Source: Clostridia bacterium (GTDB taxonomy: Bacteria > Bacillota > Clostridia > Christensenellales > CAG-138). From it: a DNA stretch of 64,000 bases. A model generated the notes under the pieces. It saw only the letters and a program-made list of their open reading frames with translations, searched no databases and was not told the origin of the DNA. The stretch lies in the NCBI GenBank assembly GCA_017435905.1, contig JAFSEB010000046.1, positions 1,186 to 65,185 on the forward strand. Reading direction: 5' to 3'. Made by a program: the position numbers and the translations under genes. Below, in pieces: positions 1 to 9,317 of the stretch (position 1 is its first letter; each line of letters begins with the position of its first letter).

Positions 1-1780
1 CGTTGTCACCGGTGAGCATGACGACCTTGATGCCCATCTTCTGGAGTTCACGCACAGCGCGGGGGCTGTCTTCCTTGATAACGTCAGCAACAGCGATGAT
101 ACCTTCGAGCTTGTCGTCCTTTGCGAAGAACAGCGGGGTCTTGCCCTGCTCGGCGAGCTTCTCGGAAGCGGCCTTGATCTCGGCGGGAACGGGGGTCTTG
201 GTGCTGATGTACTTGTAGTTACCGCCGTTGAGCACGGAGCCGTTCCACTTTGCGGTAAGACCGTTGCCGGGCAGCGCCTGGAAGTCATCCACGGGATCGG
301 CGGTCATGCCGAGCTCGTCAGCCTTCTTCAGGATGGCACGGGCAAGGGGATGTTCGCTCTTGCTTTCAAGTGCAAAGGCCATCTTGAGGAGATCGTTCTC
401 CTTGACGCCCTTGGCGGGGATGATATCGGTGACCTTGGGTTCGCCGCTGGTGATGGTACCGGTCTTATCGAGGGCTACGATATCGACCTTACCGGTCTCT
501 TCGAGGGAGACAGCGGTCTTGAAGAGGATACCGTTCTTGGCGCCCATGCCGTTACCGACCATGATGGCAACAGGGGTAGCAAGACCGAGTGCGCAGGGGC
601 AGCTGATAACGAGAACGGAGATGCCGCGTGCAAGGGCAAAACCGAAGGTCTCGCCGAGGATGAGCCACACGATGGTGGTCACAACGGCAATGGAGATAAC
701 GACAGGAACGAACACGCCGGAAACCTTATCGGCAACCTTTGCGATGGGAGCCTTGGTGGCGGCAGCGTCGCTGACCATCTGGATGATCTGGGAGAGAGTG
801 GTGTCTTCGCCGACGCGGGTAGCCTGGCACTTAATGAAGCCGGACTGGTTGAGCGTAGCGGCGCTGACCTGGTCGCCTTCGGCCTTATCCACAGGGATGG
901 ATTCGCCGGTGAGGGCGGCTTCGTTCACAGCGCTGTGGCCTTCGATGACAACGCCGTCAACGGGGATGTTTTCGCCGGGGCGGACTACGAAGATGTCGCC
1001 CTTGATGACCTGATCGATGCCGACGGTCATCTCTTCGCCGTCACGGATGACGTTGGCGGTCTTGGGAGCGAGCTTCATGAGGCTCTTAAGAGCATCGGTG
1101 GTACGGCCCTTGGAACGGGCTTCGAGCATCTTACCGACGGTGATGAGGGTGAGGATCATCGCGGCGGCTTCGAAATAAAGGTCATGCAGGTAGGCGTGCT
1201 TGTCGGCAAACTCGGTAGCAGCGGTCATGGCGAACACGCAGTAGGTGGAGTACACGAACGCCGCAGAGGAACCGAGGGCGATCAGAGTATCCATGTTGGG
1301 TGCGCCGTGGAGCAGCGTCTTGAAACCGGAAGTGAAGAACTTCTGGTTGATGATCATAACGATGATCGCAAGGAGCATTTCGGTAAGGCCCAGTGCGATG
1401 GGGTTCTTGTCAAAGAAAGCGGGAACCGGGAAGCCCCACATCTTGGAACCCATGGAGAAATACATCAGGACGAGAAGGAAGCCAAGGGAGGTCCAAAGGC
1501 GCTTCTTGAGCTTCGGGGTCTCGGTATCCTTGAGGGCATCCTCGTTGGCGGCGGCGCTCGGAGCACCTGCAGCGGGGCCAGCGCCCTTTTCGGTAGCACC
1601 ATAGCCGGCCGCAGTAACGGCGGCGATGACGTCGGACGGGTTGGCGCTGCCTTCCACGCCCATGGAGTTAGTCAGCAGGCTGACGGAGCAGGACGTGACG
1701 CCGGGAACCTTATTCACGGCTTTTTCGACCCTGGCAACGCAAGCGGCACAGCTCATGCCAGTGACATTGTATTGCTTCAT
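1..1780 (-). CDS. copA: Copper-translocating P-type ATPase, N-terminal ~593 aa. The C-terminus lies beyond the window start
   Basis: Absent from the supplied ORF track because it runs off the edge. Reverse-strand translation from the ATG at 1780-1778 gives MKQYNVTGMSCAACVARVEKAV (GMSCAAC metal-binding domain). Further on come SCPCALGLATP (CPC motif) and DKTGTIT. GGAGG RBS at 1794-1798. Lies directly downstream of csoR. Confidence 0.9.
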   Translation of the reverse strand, partial: MKQYNVTGMSCAACVARVEKAVNKVPGVTSCSVSLLTNSMGVEGSANPSDVIAAVTAAGYGATEKGAGPAAGAPSAAANEDALKDTETPKLKKRLWTSLGFLLVLMYFSMGSKMWGFPVPAFFDKNPIALGLTEMLLAIIVMIINQKFFTSGFKTLLHGAPNMDTLIALGSSAAFVYSTYCVFAMTAATEFADKHAYLHDLYFEAAAMILTLITVGKMLEARSKGRTTDALKSLMKLAPKTANVIRDGEEMTVGIDQVIKGDIFVVRPGENIPVDGVVIEGHSAVNEAALTGESIPVDKAEGDQVSAATLNQSGFIKCQATRVGEDTTLSQIIQMVSDAAATKAPIAKVADKVSGVFVPVVISIAVVTTIVWLILGETFGFALARGISVLVISCPCALGLATPVAIMVGNGMGAKNGILFKTAVSLEETGKVDIVALDKTGTITSGEPKVTDIIPAKGVKENDLLKMAFALESKSEHPLARAILKKADELGMTADPVDDFQALPGNGLTAKWNGSVLNGGNYKYISTKTPVPAEIKAASEKLAEQGKTPLFFAKDDKLEGIIAVADVIKEDSPRAVRELQKMGIKVVMLTGDN

Positions 1781-1825
1781 AGTTGTTTGTTAACCTCCAA
1801 ATTCCGGTTTGTTTTCTTCCCGCAA

Positions 1826-2134
1826 TTATTTCATAAGTTTCTGAAGAGTTGCTGTCAGTTCATCGATGACCTCATCTTTTCCTTCCCTGATGTCGTGCAC
1901 TACACAGGTGTGGATGTGATTGGTCAGCAATTCCCTGTTGAACGCATTGATCGCTGCGGTAACAGCGGCAGACTGCATCAGAATATCGGTGCAGTAAGCA
2001 TCACGTTCAAGCATCCCTTTGATGCCTCGGATCTGTCCTTCAATTCGGTTCAGCCGGTTTACCAGCTTTTTATACTCCGCCTCAGACCGTTCCTTGGTCT
2101 TATGGGAGCAGCAACCCCCTTCACGTTTCGCCAT
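1826..2134 (-). CDS. csoR: CsoR-family copper-sensing transcriptional repressor
   Basis: MAKREGGCCSHKTKERSEAEYKKLVNRLNRIEGQIRGIKGML...YCTDILMQ...HIHTC carries the CsoR C-H-C ligand pattern. Start taken at MAKREGG inside ORF 1826..2167. Confidence 0.85.
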   Translation of the reverse strand: MAKREGGCCSHKTKERSEAEYKKLVNRLNRIEGQIRGIKGMLERDAYCTDILMQSAAVTAAINAFNRELLTNHIHTCVVHDIREGKDEVIDELTATLQKLMK

Positions 2135-2197
2135 AGAAGTACTTCCTTTCAAAAAACATGCATGCAATTAACTGATATCAGAAGTGTACGTCTATAT

Positions 2198-2225
2198 GTT
2201 ATACCCCGTATAGGTATCATGTCAA
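2198..2225 (-). promoter_or_regulatory. csoR-copA promoter with an embedded CsoR operator (box D, 2201-2217)
   Basis: Minus strand reads TTGACA-tg-ATACCTATACGGGGTAT-AACAT. The -35 TTGACA is at 2225-2220 and the -10 TATAAC at 2203-2198 (16-nt spacer). ATACCC-N5-AGGTAT pseudo-palindrome at 2201-2217. Confidence 0.7.
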
Positions 2226-2359
2226 GGGCTGTGGAAGCGAAAAAAGCCATTTTATCCCGTAATTTATATTTACGTTTTCGCGGTCTTAACATGCATATTT
2301 TGCATGGTTTGTTCACGAAGGGCAAAAGTGGTTTTTCCGCTCACAAAAACGTATTCTTG

Positions 2360-3562
2360 TTACTCTGCCGTGCAGCGAAGAGCGCCGCCGCCAAAGTAGT
2401 ACGCATCAATGCCATCCTTGCTGAGTGCGTGGAGCGCAGCTTCATCAAAGGTATCGGCAATGAAGATCTTTGCCGCTTCAATGGCAATTTTTGCACAGGA
2501 TGCATCCTCCGAAAAAGCGATCAGCTCCGGCAGTGCGCATTTGGGAAGCCCGCTGCGGGCATCGATATACGGCGGAAGGCAGGAACCGTCCTCCCTGACG
2601 AAATAATACCCAAGTTCGGCGCTTTCCGCAGGATAATCACGCAGCTGCACAACGCTGATGCGCCCTGTAAGGGGAAGTGTTTCAAGCAGGAACACGCCTT
2701 CTTCGCCCCTGTGCAGGAAGGGCACGGCGGTAACGGCTTCGTCCGCATCACGCAGCTGGCGGACAAATCCGTCCTCGCTGATGAGCGAACCGTTGACATA
2801 ACCCTTTGCTGTCAGTTCATCCGCAATATAATCGATGATAAAGGCGTTGTTCAGCCAGAAAAAATCCAGGAAGCGGTCGAAGTCATTTTCTTCCGCAAAG
2901 CGAAGATATGCATCCGAAACATGAAGCACAATCATGTTTCCGTCAAGAAATTCCAGTGATACGGCACCGGGATCGGCGGCATAGGCTGCCGCTTCGGCGA
3001 AAAATGTTTTCAGCGCTTCATTTCGGTACGGATCGTATTCCGCCGCTTCCGGTTCCTCGGAAAGGAACAGGGAACGGTACAACCCGTATACCGGCGCAAG
3101 ATAGTGGTATCTGACGCCTGCATCCTCCAGCAGCATCAGCGCACCGTAAAGGGCAGGATCGACTTCGATCACTTCGTTGACATGTGCGTTGATGTAGCAG
3201 AGGTTTTTATGATCCTCATACTCCGCTTCCGCATTGAAGATGCGGTATGCGGCAATGCACGATTCGCTGTAAAGCTTTGTCAGGGCTTTCTTTTCCTCGG
3301 TGGCGGAGGTCTCCCCCGCCCCGAGGTCATAGACAAAGCTGAAATCGTCACCGCAGGTCATCTCTCCCCCATCGGATACGGTGATCTCCATCACCCCCGG
3401 TTCCGTTGTCAGCAGGGCGTTAAGCCCATACCCAAAGGAACCGACGGCGACGATGAGCGCAACTACCAGGAGGGCGATCCTGAGTTTGATCCGCCCTTCC
3501 GGTATTTCGATATGGGTGACCCGCTCGATGAGGGGCCTGTCGTTTGCAAGCGGCCTCTTCAT
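2360..3562 (-). CDS. Membrane-anchored hypothetical protein with distant ApbE (FAD:protein FMN transferase)-like sequence pattern
   Basis: N-terminal TM helix (IALLVVALIVAVGSFGYGL). By-eye resemblance to ApbE blocks: YLAPVYGLY, LDFFWLNNAFIIDYIADELTAKGY, GYYFVREDGSCLPPYIDARSGLP. The ATG at 3562 lies 2 nt after the upstream stop. The longer TTG start at 3583 is less likely. Confidence 0.6.
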   Translation of the reverse strand: MKRPLANDRPLIERVTHIEIPEGRIKLRIALLVVALIVAVGSFGYGLNALLTTEPGVMEITVSDGGEMTCGDDFSFVYDLGAGETSATEEKKALTKLYSESCIAAYRIFNAEAEYEDHKNLCYINAHVNEVIEVDPALYGALMLLEDAGVRYHYLAPVYGLYRSLFLSEEPEAAEYDPYRNEALKTFFAEAAAYAADPGAVSLEFLDGNMIVLHVSDAYLRFAEENDFDRFLDFFWLNNAFIIDYIADELTAKGYVNGSLISEDGFVRQLRDADEAVTAVPFLHRGEEGVFLLETLPLTGRISVVQLRDYPAESAELGYYFVREDGSCLPPYIDARSGLPKCALPELIAFSEDASCAKIAIEAAKIFIADTFDEAALHALSKDGIDAYYFGGGALRCTAE

Positions 3563-3563
3563 C

Positions 3564-4880
3564 TTAGAACGCAGCGGATGCAAGCAGCAGCAGGAACACG
3601 ATGATCAGCAGCAGGATGCACCCGAAGGAAGCGATGAAGCCCTTTCTGCATGCCTTGAAATTGCGGATGTAGTTCTTCTTGCGGAAGATGATCGCCGCAA
3701 TGATGCCGATGATGGGCAGCAGGAAGGAAAGGATCACATAGATGGCGCTGCCGGTATCGTGGATGGGTCTGTCAAGGATGACCTCGCTGGTGGCAAGGTT
3801 CTCTTCTTCCACATCCTCATCCGGAGCTTCCGTGTTCACGCCGATGATGGAAAGGGTCTTGAGCGGCACATTGCGCTCACGGATCTTCTTATACTCGGCG
3901 ATCTCCTCTTCGCTGCCGTACACATAGTGGTCATGACCGATGAGCGTGAGCTCCGGCTCTTTTCCGTTGCTGTAATCGTGCTGGGAAGGATCGTAGGTGA
4001 AAAGCGCCTTGTGCTTTTCAAGCTTGGGATCCGGCAGCGGAATGGCGGAAATGAGCGCACGGGTGTAGGGGTGCAGCGGGTAGTTGAACAGCTCTTCCGA
4101 GGTGGCGATCTCCACGATCTTACCTTTGTAGATAACGCCGATGCGGTCGGAAATGTAACGCACGATGGAAAGGTCGTGGGCAATGAACAGGTAGGTGGTG
4201 TTGCGCTCCTCCTTGAACTTGTTCATCAGGTTGAGGATCTGCGCGCGGATGGATACATCAAGTGCGCTGATGGGCTCGTCCGCCACAACAAATTCCGGTT
4301 CCATGACCATGGCCCTTGCAAGGCCGACACGCTGGCGCTGGCCGCCGGAAAACTCATGGGGATAGCGGGTCAGGTGCTCGGGCAGCAGACCGACATCCTC
4401 GATGATCTTTTCCACCTTGCGGACACGGTCGGTGTCGTCTTCATAAAGATGGAAGTTGTAAAGGCCTTCGGAAATGATGTATTCCACGGTGGCACGCTCG
4501 TTAAGGGAGGCGGCAGGATCCTGGAATACCATCTGGATGTTCCTGACCACTTCACGGTCCAGCGAATGAGGGATCTTGCCGGAAATGCGCACGCCCTTAT
4601 ACTGGATCTCGCCCTTGGAGCAGGTGTTGGCACGGATCACCGCACGGCCGATGGTGGTCTTACCGGAGCCGGATTCGCCCACGAGGGAGAACGTTTCGCC
4701 CTTGTAGATATCAAAGGAAGCATCCTTGACCGCACGGACGATGTTATCGCCCTTGCCGAAGTTGATATCCACATTTTTCACGGAAAGAAGGATCTCTTTT
4801 CCGTTCTCGGCGATGGGCCCATGCTCGGGGAAATGGCCGGTTCTGATCTCCGAAACCTTATTGTTTTTCTCTTTTCCCAT
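3564..4880 (-). CDS. Opp/Dpp-family ABC ATPase (OppF-like) with a ~100-aa C-terminal extension ending in a 2-TM hairpin
   Basis: Walker [18 protein letters not shown] signature and [12 protein letters not shown] oligopeptide C-terminal motif, then the tail ...[25 protein letters not shown]...[23 protein letters not shown] at 4880 is preceded by AGGTGA. Confidence 0.85.
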   Translation of the reverse strand: MGKEKNNKVSEIRTGHFPEHGPIAENGKEILLSVKNVDINFGKGDNIVRAVKDASFDIYKGETFSLVGESGSGKTTIGRAVIRANTCSKGEIQYKGVRISGKIPHSLDREVVRNIQMVFQDPAASLNERATVEYIISEGLYNFHLYEDDTDRVRKVEKIIEDVGLLPEHLTRYPHEFSGGQRQRVGLARAMVMEPEFVVADEPISALDVSIRAQILNLMNKFKEERNTTYLFIAHDLSIVRYISDRIGVIYKGKIVEIATSEELFNYPLHPYTRALISAIPLPDPKLEKHKALFTYDPSQHDYSNGKEPELTLIGHDHYVYGSEEEIAEYKKIRERNVPLKTLSIIGVNTEAPDEDVEEENLATSEVILDRPIHDTGSAIYVILSFLLPIIGIIAAIIFRKKNYIRNFKACRKGFIASFGCILLLIIVFLLLLASAAF

Positions 4881-4890
4881 AGCAGTCACC

Positions 4891-6639
4891 TTAAATATTG
4901 AATACTTTTCTCAGGGTACCGTGGATATCGCGGATGATCTCAGGCTTTTCGATCTTCGGTGCCCGGGGGTCAAGCAGCCAGGTCTTGGCATAATGCGTAT
5001 CGGATACCTTGAACATGGGCGGTTCTTCCAGCGTATCCACCGTGAGGCAGTAAGGATTGCGGGGGGCAAAGGCATCGCCCTTGATCCTGTTGTACAGGGA
5101 GGGCGGCGTGCCGCCGATGGAGTAAAGCTTCATACCGCGGTCCATCAGCTGCGGCAAGGAGGAAAGCAGCACCCAGGTATAGGGGTGACGGGGATCGTAG
5201 AAGATCTCCTCCGTGGTGCCGACCTCGATGATCTGGCCCGCATACAGCACCGCAACACGGTCTGCCACGTTGGCAACAACGCCAAGGTCGTGGGTGATGA
5301 ACACGATGGTATACTTGAATTCCTTCTGCAGATCCTTGATGAGCTTCAGGATCTGTGCCTGAATGGTCACGTCAAGAGCCGTGGTGGGCTCGTCGCAGAT
5401 GAGGATCTTCGGATGGCAGGAAAGCGCAATGGCGATAACGATACGCTGGCGCATGCCGCCCGAATACTGGAAGGGATAATCGTCAAAACGCATCTCCGCA
5501 TTGGGGATGCCCACCTTCTTCATCAGCACGATGGCACGCTTCTTCGCTTCCACCTCGGAAACGTTCTGGTGCTTCATGATGACGGAGGTGATCTGGTGGC
5601 CGATGGTCAGGATCGGGTTCAGGGACGTCATCGGATCCTGGAAGATGGTGGCGATCTTGCGGCCGCGGATCTCTGCCCAGTTGGCAACGCAGGAGGTCTT
5701 TGCCACATTCAGTACGGAGGAACCGTAGAGCTTGTTGTTCTTGCCCTGATCGTAGCGCACACGGAACATGACGTTTTCAAAGACGCCGTTGCGCTGCTTT
5801 TCATCGTTCAGATCCACGCCGATGGTGAGAGCGGTCTTCATGCACTTCATGAGCTTGCGCATGAGCGGCGCCCACTTTGCGGAGGGATAGCGGTACAGGG
5901 AAAGATACACTTCCTTGGCAATGACAGCGTTGCGCTTCTTGGTCTCTTCGCTGATCTCGCCGGCGCACTCGGTCCTGTACTGTGCCTTGAGGGCTGCCAT
6001 CTTTTCCGCATATGCCTTGTTGTAGGCCGCATCGTTCTTGGTTTTCGCAGTGTGATCTTTGACAAGTGCCTTGCGCTCGGCGTCAAGCGCCTTGATCTTG
6101 CGGTCGCACTCATCGATCTCCGCCTGCGCCTCGCGGATCATGCCTTTTTCCGTGCGGCGGTCATAAGCCTGCTTGCGGTTGAAAGCTTCCGTGCGGCGGT
6201 AAACGAGTTCCTTACGGGTGGTTTCAAATTTGGTCTGCTCTGCCTCGTCAAGGGTCAGGCGCTCCTGCTTTTCCTTTTCAAGGGCACGCATGGCCTGATA
6301 GGTCTTGGCGCCAAGCTCCAGCTTGGAATACTCGTTGAGCTTCTTTTCCGCCTGTGCCATGATCTTCTCCGCAAGGGAGTGCACGGGGGCAACGGTCTCG
6401 GTGAATTCGTCATCGTTGAAGATGATGTCACCCTGATCGATAAAGCCGTTGTTATCCAGCATGCCGGCAAAGGTCTTGGTAAGAACGGATTTGCCGCAGC
6501 CGGATTCGCCCACGATGGCGATGGATTCGTTTTCGTAAATATCCAGCGATACGCCGCGGATGGCGGTCAGGATCCTGCCGCGCACACGGAAGCGGACGTA
6601 AAGATCGCGGATGGAGAGCAATACTTTCTTTTCTTCCAT
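4891..6639 (-). CDS. Opp/Dpp-family ABC ATPase (OppD-like) carrying a ~240-aa charged insertion
   Basis: Walker [40 protein letters not shown]. Residues ~79-320 are a K/E/A/R-rich segment absent from the paralog at 48743-49804. AGGGAGGG RBS. Confidence 0.9.
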   Translation of the reverse strand: MEEKKVLLSIRDLYVRFRVRGRILTAIRGVSLDIYENESIAIVGESGCGKSVLTKTFAGMLDNNGFIDQGDIIFNDDEFTETVAPVHSLAEKIMAQAEKKLNEYSKLELGAKTYQAMRALEKEKQERLTLDEAEQTKFETTRKELVYRRTEAFNRKQAYDRRTEKGMIREAQAEIDECDRKIKALDAERKALVKDHTAKTKNDAAYNKAYAEKMAALKAQYRTECAGEISEETKKRNAVIAKEVYLSLYRYPSAKWAPLMRKLMKCMKTALTIGVDLNDEKQRNGVFENVMFRVRYDQGKNNKLYGSSVLNVAKTSCVANWAEIRGRKIATIFQDPMTSLNPILTIGHQITSVIMKHQNVSEVEAKKRAIVLMKKVGIPNAEMRFDDYPFQYSGGMRQRIVIAIALSCHPKILICDEPTTALDVTIQAQILKLIKDLQKEFKYTIVFITHDLGVVANVADRVAVLYAGQIIEVGTTEEIFYDPRHPYTWVLLSSLPQLMDRGMKLYSIGGTPPSLYNRIKGDAFAPRNPYCLTVDTLEEPPMFKVSDTHYAKTWLLDPRAPKIEKPEIIRDIHGTLRKVFNI

Positions 6640-6653
6640 TTAAAAGCCCTCCC

Positions 6654-7643
6654 TTACAGCATGTGGGTACGGGGGTCGGCAGCGTCGCCAAGGCTCTGGC
6701 CCACGAGGAACAGAACGATGGAGATGAAGGCCGACAGCATAACGGGGCACCAGAATTCCCAGCCCCAGCCGGGGGTGACCATGGCAGGCTGTGCGTTGTA
6801 AACGAGCTTACCGAGGGTGGTATCGGAAATACCGAGGCCGATGTAGCTGAGGAACGCTTCGGAGCCGATGTAGCCCGGCAGGGAGTTCGCCATCATGGTC
6901 ACGATGAAGGAGATCATGAAGGGCAGGATGTTCTTCGTTGCAATGCGCAGCGTTGAGGTACCGAGGCACTTGGAAGCAAGGTTGTATTCACGGTCACGGA
7001 TAATGATGACCTGCGTACGGATGGAGTAGGCGATACCGATCCAGCCGGTAACACACATGGCGAACACGAGCGTTGCAAAGTTCGGGGAGAATACAAGAAC
7101 GAGAACGGAGGTAACGAGGGTGCCGGGAACGTTGGCAATGACGTTGCGGATCTCGTTCATGATGATATCCACTTTCTTTGAGAAGCCCCACAGCGCACCG
7201 ATCATGATACCGATGGAGAAGTTGATGATGGTGCAGAGGATCGCAAGAGAGATGGAGATACGGGAGCCGTACCACAGCGCATCGAAGGTGGACTGGCCGG
7301 ATTCGCCGGTGCCGAAGATCCATTTAATATGGAAGCCATACTTTTCGATCGCCGCTGCGGGGGTCAGGTGCTTCGAGAGGGGATCCATGATGTTCTCAAA
7401 CTTGTCATAGCCGGTGAAGGTGGGATAGATGTAGGTGAACACAAGGATCAGCACCATCATGGCAATGACAAGGATGTTGGACTTCTTGGAGAAGAACACG
7501 CGGCCTACGCTGCGCCAGTAGGAATAACGGGGCGCAACGATCTTTTCCACCGCCGCCGCATCCTGCGGCGCCCTTTGGAAGAGCTGTTCATCCGTCAAGC
7601 CGGTATGCGCAAGATCAAAAAGCTTTTCTTTTGTTTCTGTCAT
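6654..7643 (-). CDS. Opp/Dpp-family ABC permease (OppC-like)
   Basis: Typical OppC layout (RYSYWRSVGRVFF N-terminus, multiple TM helices, EAFLSYIGLGI block). ATG at 7643 is preceded by AGGTGA. The GTG at 7652 overlaps the upstream stop. Confidence 0.85.
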   Translation of the reverse strand: MTETKEKLFDLAHTGLTDEQLFQRAPQDAAAVEKIVAPRYSYWRSVGRVFFSKKSNILVIAMMVLILVFTYIYPTFTGYDKFENIMDPLSKHLTPAAAIEKYGFHIKWIFGTGESGQSTFDALWYGSRISISLAILCTIINFSIGIMIGALWGFSKKVDIIMNEIRNVIANVPGTLVTSVLVLVFSPNFATLVFAMCVTGWIGIAYSIRTQVIIIRDREYNLASKCLGTSTLRIATKNILPFMISFIVTMMANSLPGYIGSEAFLSYIGLGISDTTLGKLVYNAQPAMVTPGWGWEFWCPVMLSAFISIVLFLVGQSLGDAADPRTHML

Positions 7644-7648
7644 CTTGA

Positions 7649-9220
7649 TCACCTTGCCTTAGTCGTAAAGGAGATACGCGGGTCCATAATGGCCATCGTG
7701 ATGTCGCCGAGAACGGCGGAAATGATGGACAGTACGCCGTAGAACAGCGCAACGCCGACGATCACCTGGTTGTCATAGGCACCGATCGCTTCCACAAGGA
7801 GGCCGCCGACGCCGGGGATGGTGTAGATACGTTCCATCATGATGGAGCCGGACAGCGCCATGATGATGGTGTTGGGGAGACCGTGGGTGATCGGGATCGC
7901 CGCATTCTTGAAGATGTGCTTTGCGAAGATCTCAAACTCGCTCAGGCCCTCTGCACGGGCGAACTTCACGTAATCGGAGTTCATCTGGTCCACCATGTAG
8001 CGGCGCATCCACTTCATGGTACCGGCAACGGAGCTTGCAAGGCTTGCCACCACCGGCGTGATGTACATCAGCACCGTGGGGTTGTCCAGCGAGAAGATGA
8101 CCGGCAGGCCGATCTTCACCGCCACCGCCTTGAACATGAAGTAGTACGCAAGGGACGGCACGGCGATCATGAAGATCACGTATGCGTTGCCGAGGTTGTC
8201 CACCCAGGTATCCTTCTTCTTCGCCATCAGGATGCCGAGGGGCAGGCCGAGGAGGTAGGTAAAGAAGGATGCAAGGATACTGATGATAAAGGAATAGAAG
8301 ATCTTGGACTTGCTGTCCTTATGGAGGTTGATGTTGGTGTAATCATCCGTATAACGGTCGGCAAGAACAAGGTTCAGCTCACGGGAACCGGGAGCATATA
8401 TTGCGCTGTGCAGGTCATCCGCACTTTCCGCCACAAGACCCGTGGGGTAATAGGTGGTGGTAGGCACGTAGGTACCCTGCCGCTGTGTCATCGTCTGGAA
8501 TACATCCACGCCCTTGTTGACGCTGAAGGATGTACCAAGCGTAAGTTTCACGAAGTTCTGGTGTACATAGGGGAAGTACTGATCGAAATAAAGGAGATAC
8601 TTATGCAGCGTGCCGTTACCGAGAATGGCCGGGGAGAATTTCTCGCCGCCGTAAGCAGGGTCATACCAGGTAAAGGTCAGGCCGCGCTCGCCGATGTCCT
8701 CTTCCACATAGTTGATGTCGTCAAAGGTGAGAAGGCTCGAAAAGAAATCCCATACCCTCTCGTGCACCGGCGTATTGATGTAGGCAAACAGCATAGCTGC
8801 GCCGCCCGTTGCAATGCGCTTGGAGTTTGCCATAACGGCATCAAGGCGTTTGACGGTATAGCCGTTTTCTTCGCAGTAATCCAAATACTGCTGGATGTAA
8901 GGCTTTGCAGCCTCGGGATCCTGTTCTGCAGTCCTGCCGATAGAAGCGATGGTGGACTTGAATTCCTCATCCATTTCGCCCTTTGCAACAAGCTCGTTCA
9001 GGTAATCGTTATAGGAGATAAGGTCAAGATAGCCGTATTTCTCCCAGGTAGTATACATGTAGCTGATCTTCTGGTTGTTAGCCAGCTTTGCATACTGTTC
9101 ATCTTCCGAGAAGATGAGCGTATTATCCATCGCATAGAACAGAAGAACCATGATGATGGAGACCGCGATCACCACGGATACACAGCCGCGGCCAACGCGT
9201 TTAAAAAAATACTTTAACAT
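7649..9220 (-). CDS. Opp/Dpp-family ABC permease (OppB-like) with an enlarged first extracytoplasmic loop (523 aa)
   Basis: MLKYFFKRV N-terminus, then TM1, then a ~270-aa loop before TM2, then the conserved permease core (YVKFARAEGLSEFEIFAKHIFKNA, IDPRI C-terminus). AGGGAGAA RBS. Confidence 0.85.
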   Translation of the reverse strand: MLKYFFKRVGRGCVSVVIAVSIIMVLLFYAMDNTLIFSEDEQYAKLANNQKISYMYTTWEKYGYLDLISYNDYLNELVAKGEMDEEFKSTIASIGRTAEQDPEAAKPYIQQYLDYCEENGYTVKRLDAVMANSKRIATGGAAMLFAYINTPVHERVWDFFSSLLTFDDINYVEEDIGERGLTFTWYDPAYGGEKFSPAILGNGTLHKYLLYFDQYFPYVHQNFVKLTLGTSFSVNKGVDVFQTMTQRQGTYVPTTTYYPTGLVAESADDLHSAIYAPGSRELNLVLADRYTDDYTNINLHKDSKSKIFYSFIISILASFFTYLLGLPLGILMAKKKDTWVDNLGNAYVIFMIAVPSLAYYFMFKAVAVKIGLPVIFSLDNPTVLMYITPVVASLASSVAGTMKWMRRYMVDQMNSDYVKFARAEGLSEFEIFAKHIFKNAAIPITHGLPNTIIMALSGSIMMERIYTIPGVGGLLVEAIGAYDNQVIVGVALFYGVLSIISAVLGDITMAIMDPRISFTTKAR

Positions 9221-9241
9221 ATTTCTTTCTCCCTTTTTTGA

Positions 9242-9269
9242 CAGGGCAGGGGGCGAACCCCCTGCCCTG
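9242..9269. other. GC-rich stem-loop in the oppA1-oppB1 spacer
   Basis: CAGGGCAGGGGG-cgaa-CCCCCTGCCCTG, a 12-bp perfect stem. No U-tract follows it in the sense (minus) orientation. Confidence 0.6.
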
Positions 9270-9317
9270 CAAGTTTGCCTCTAAGGTTTTGTTTGAAGCG
9301 TGCGCTTCAGCCGGTTA

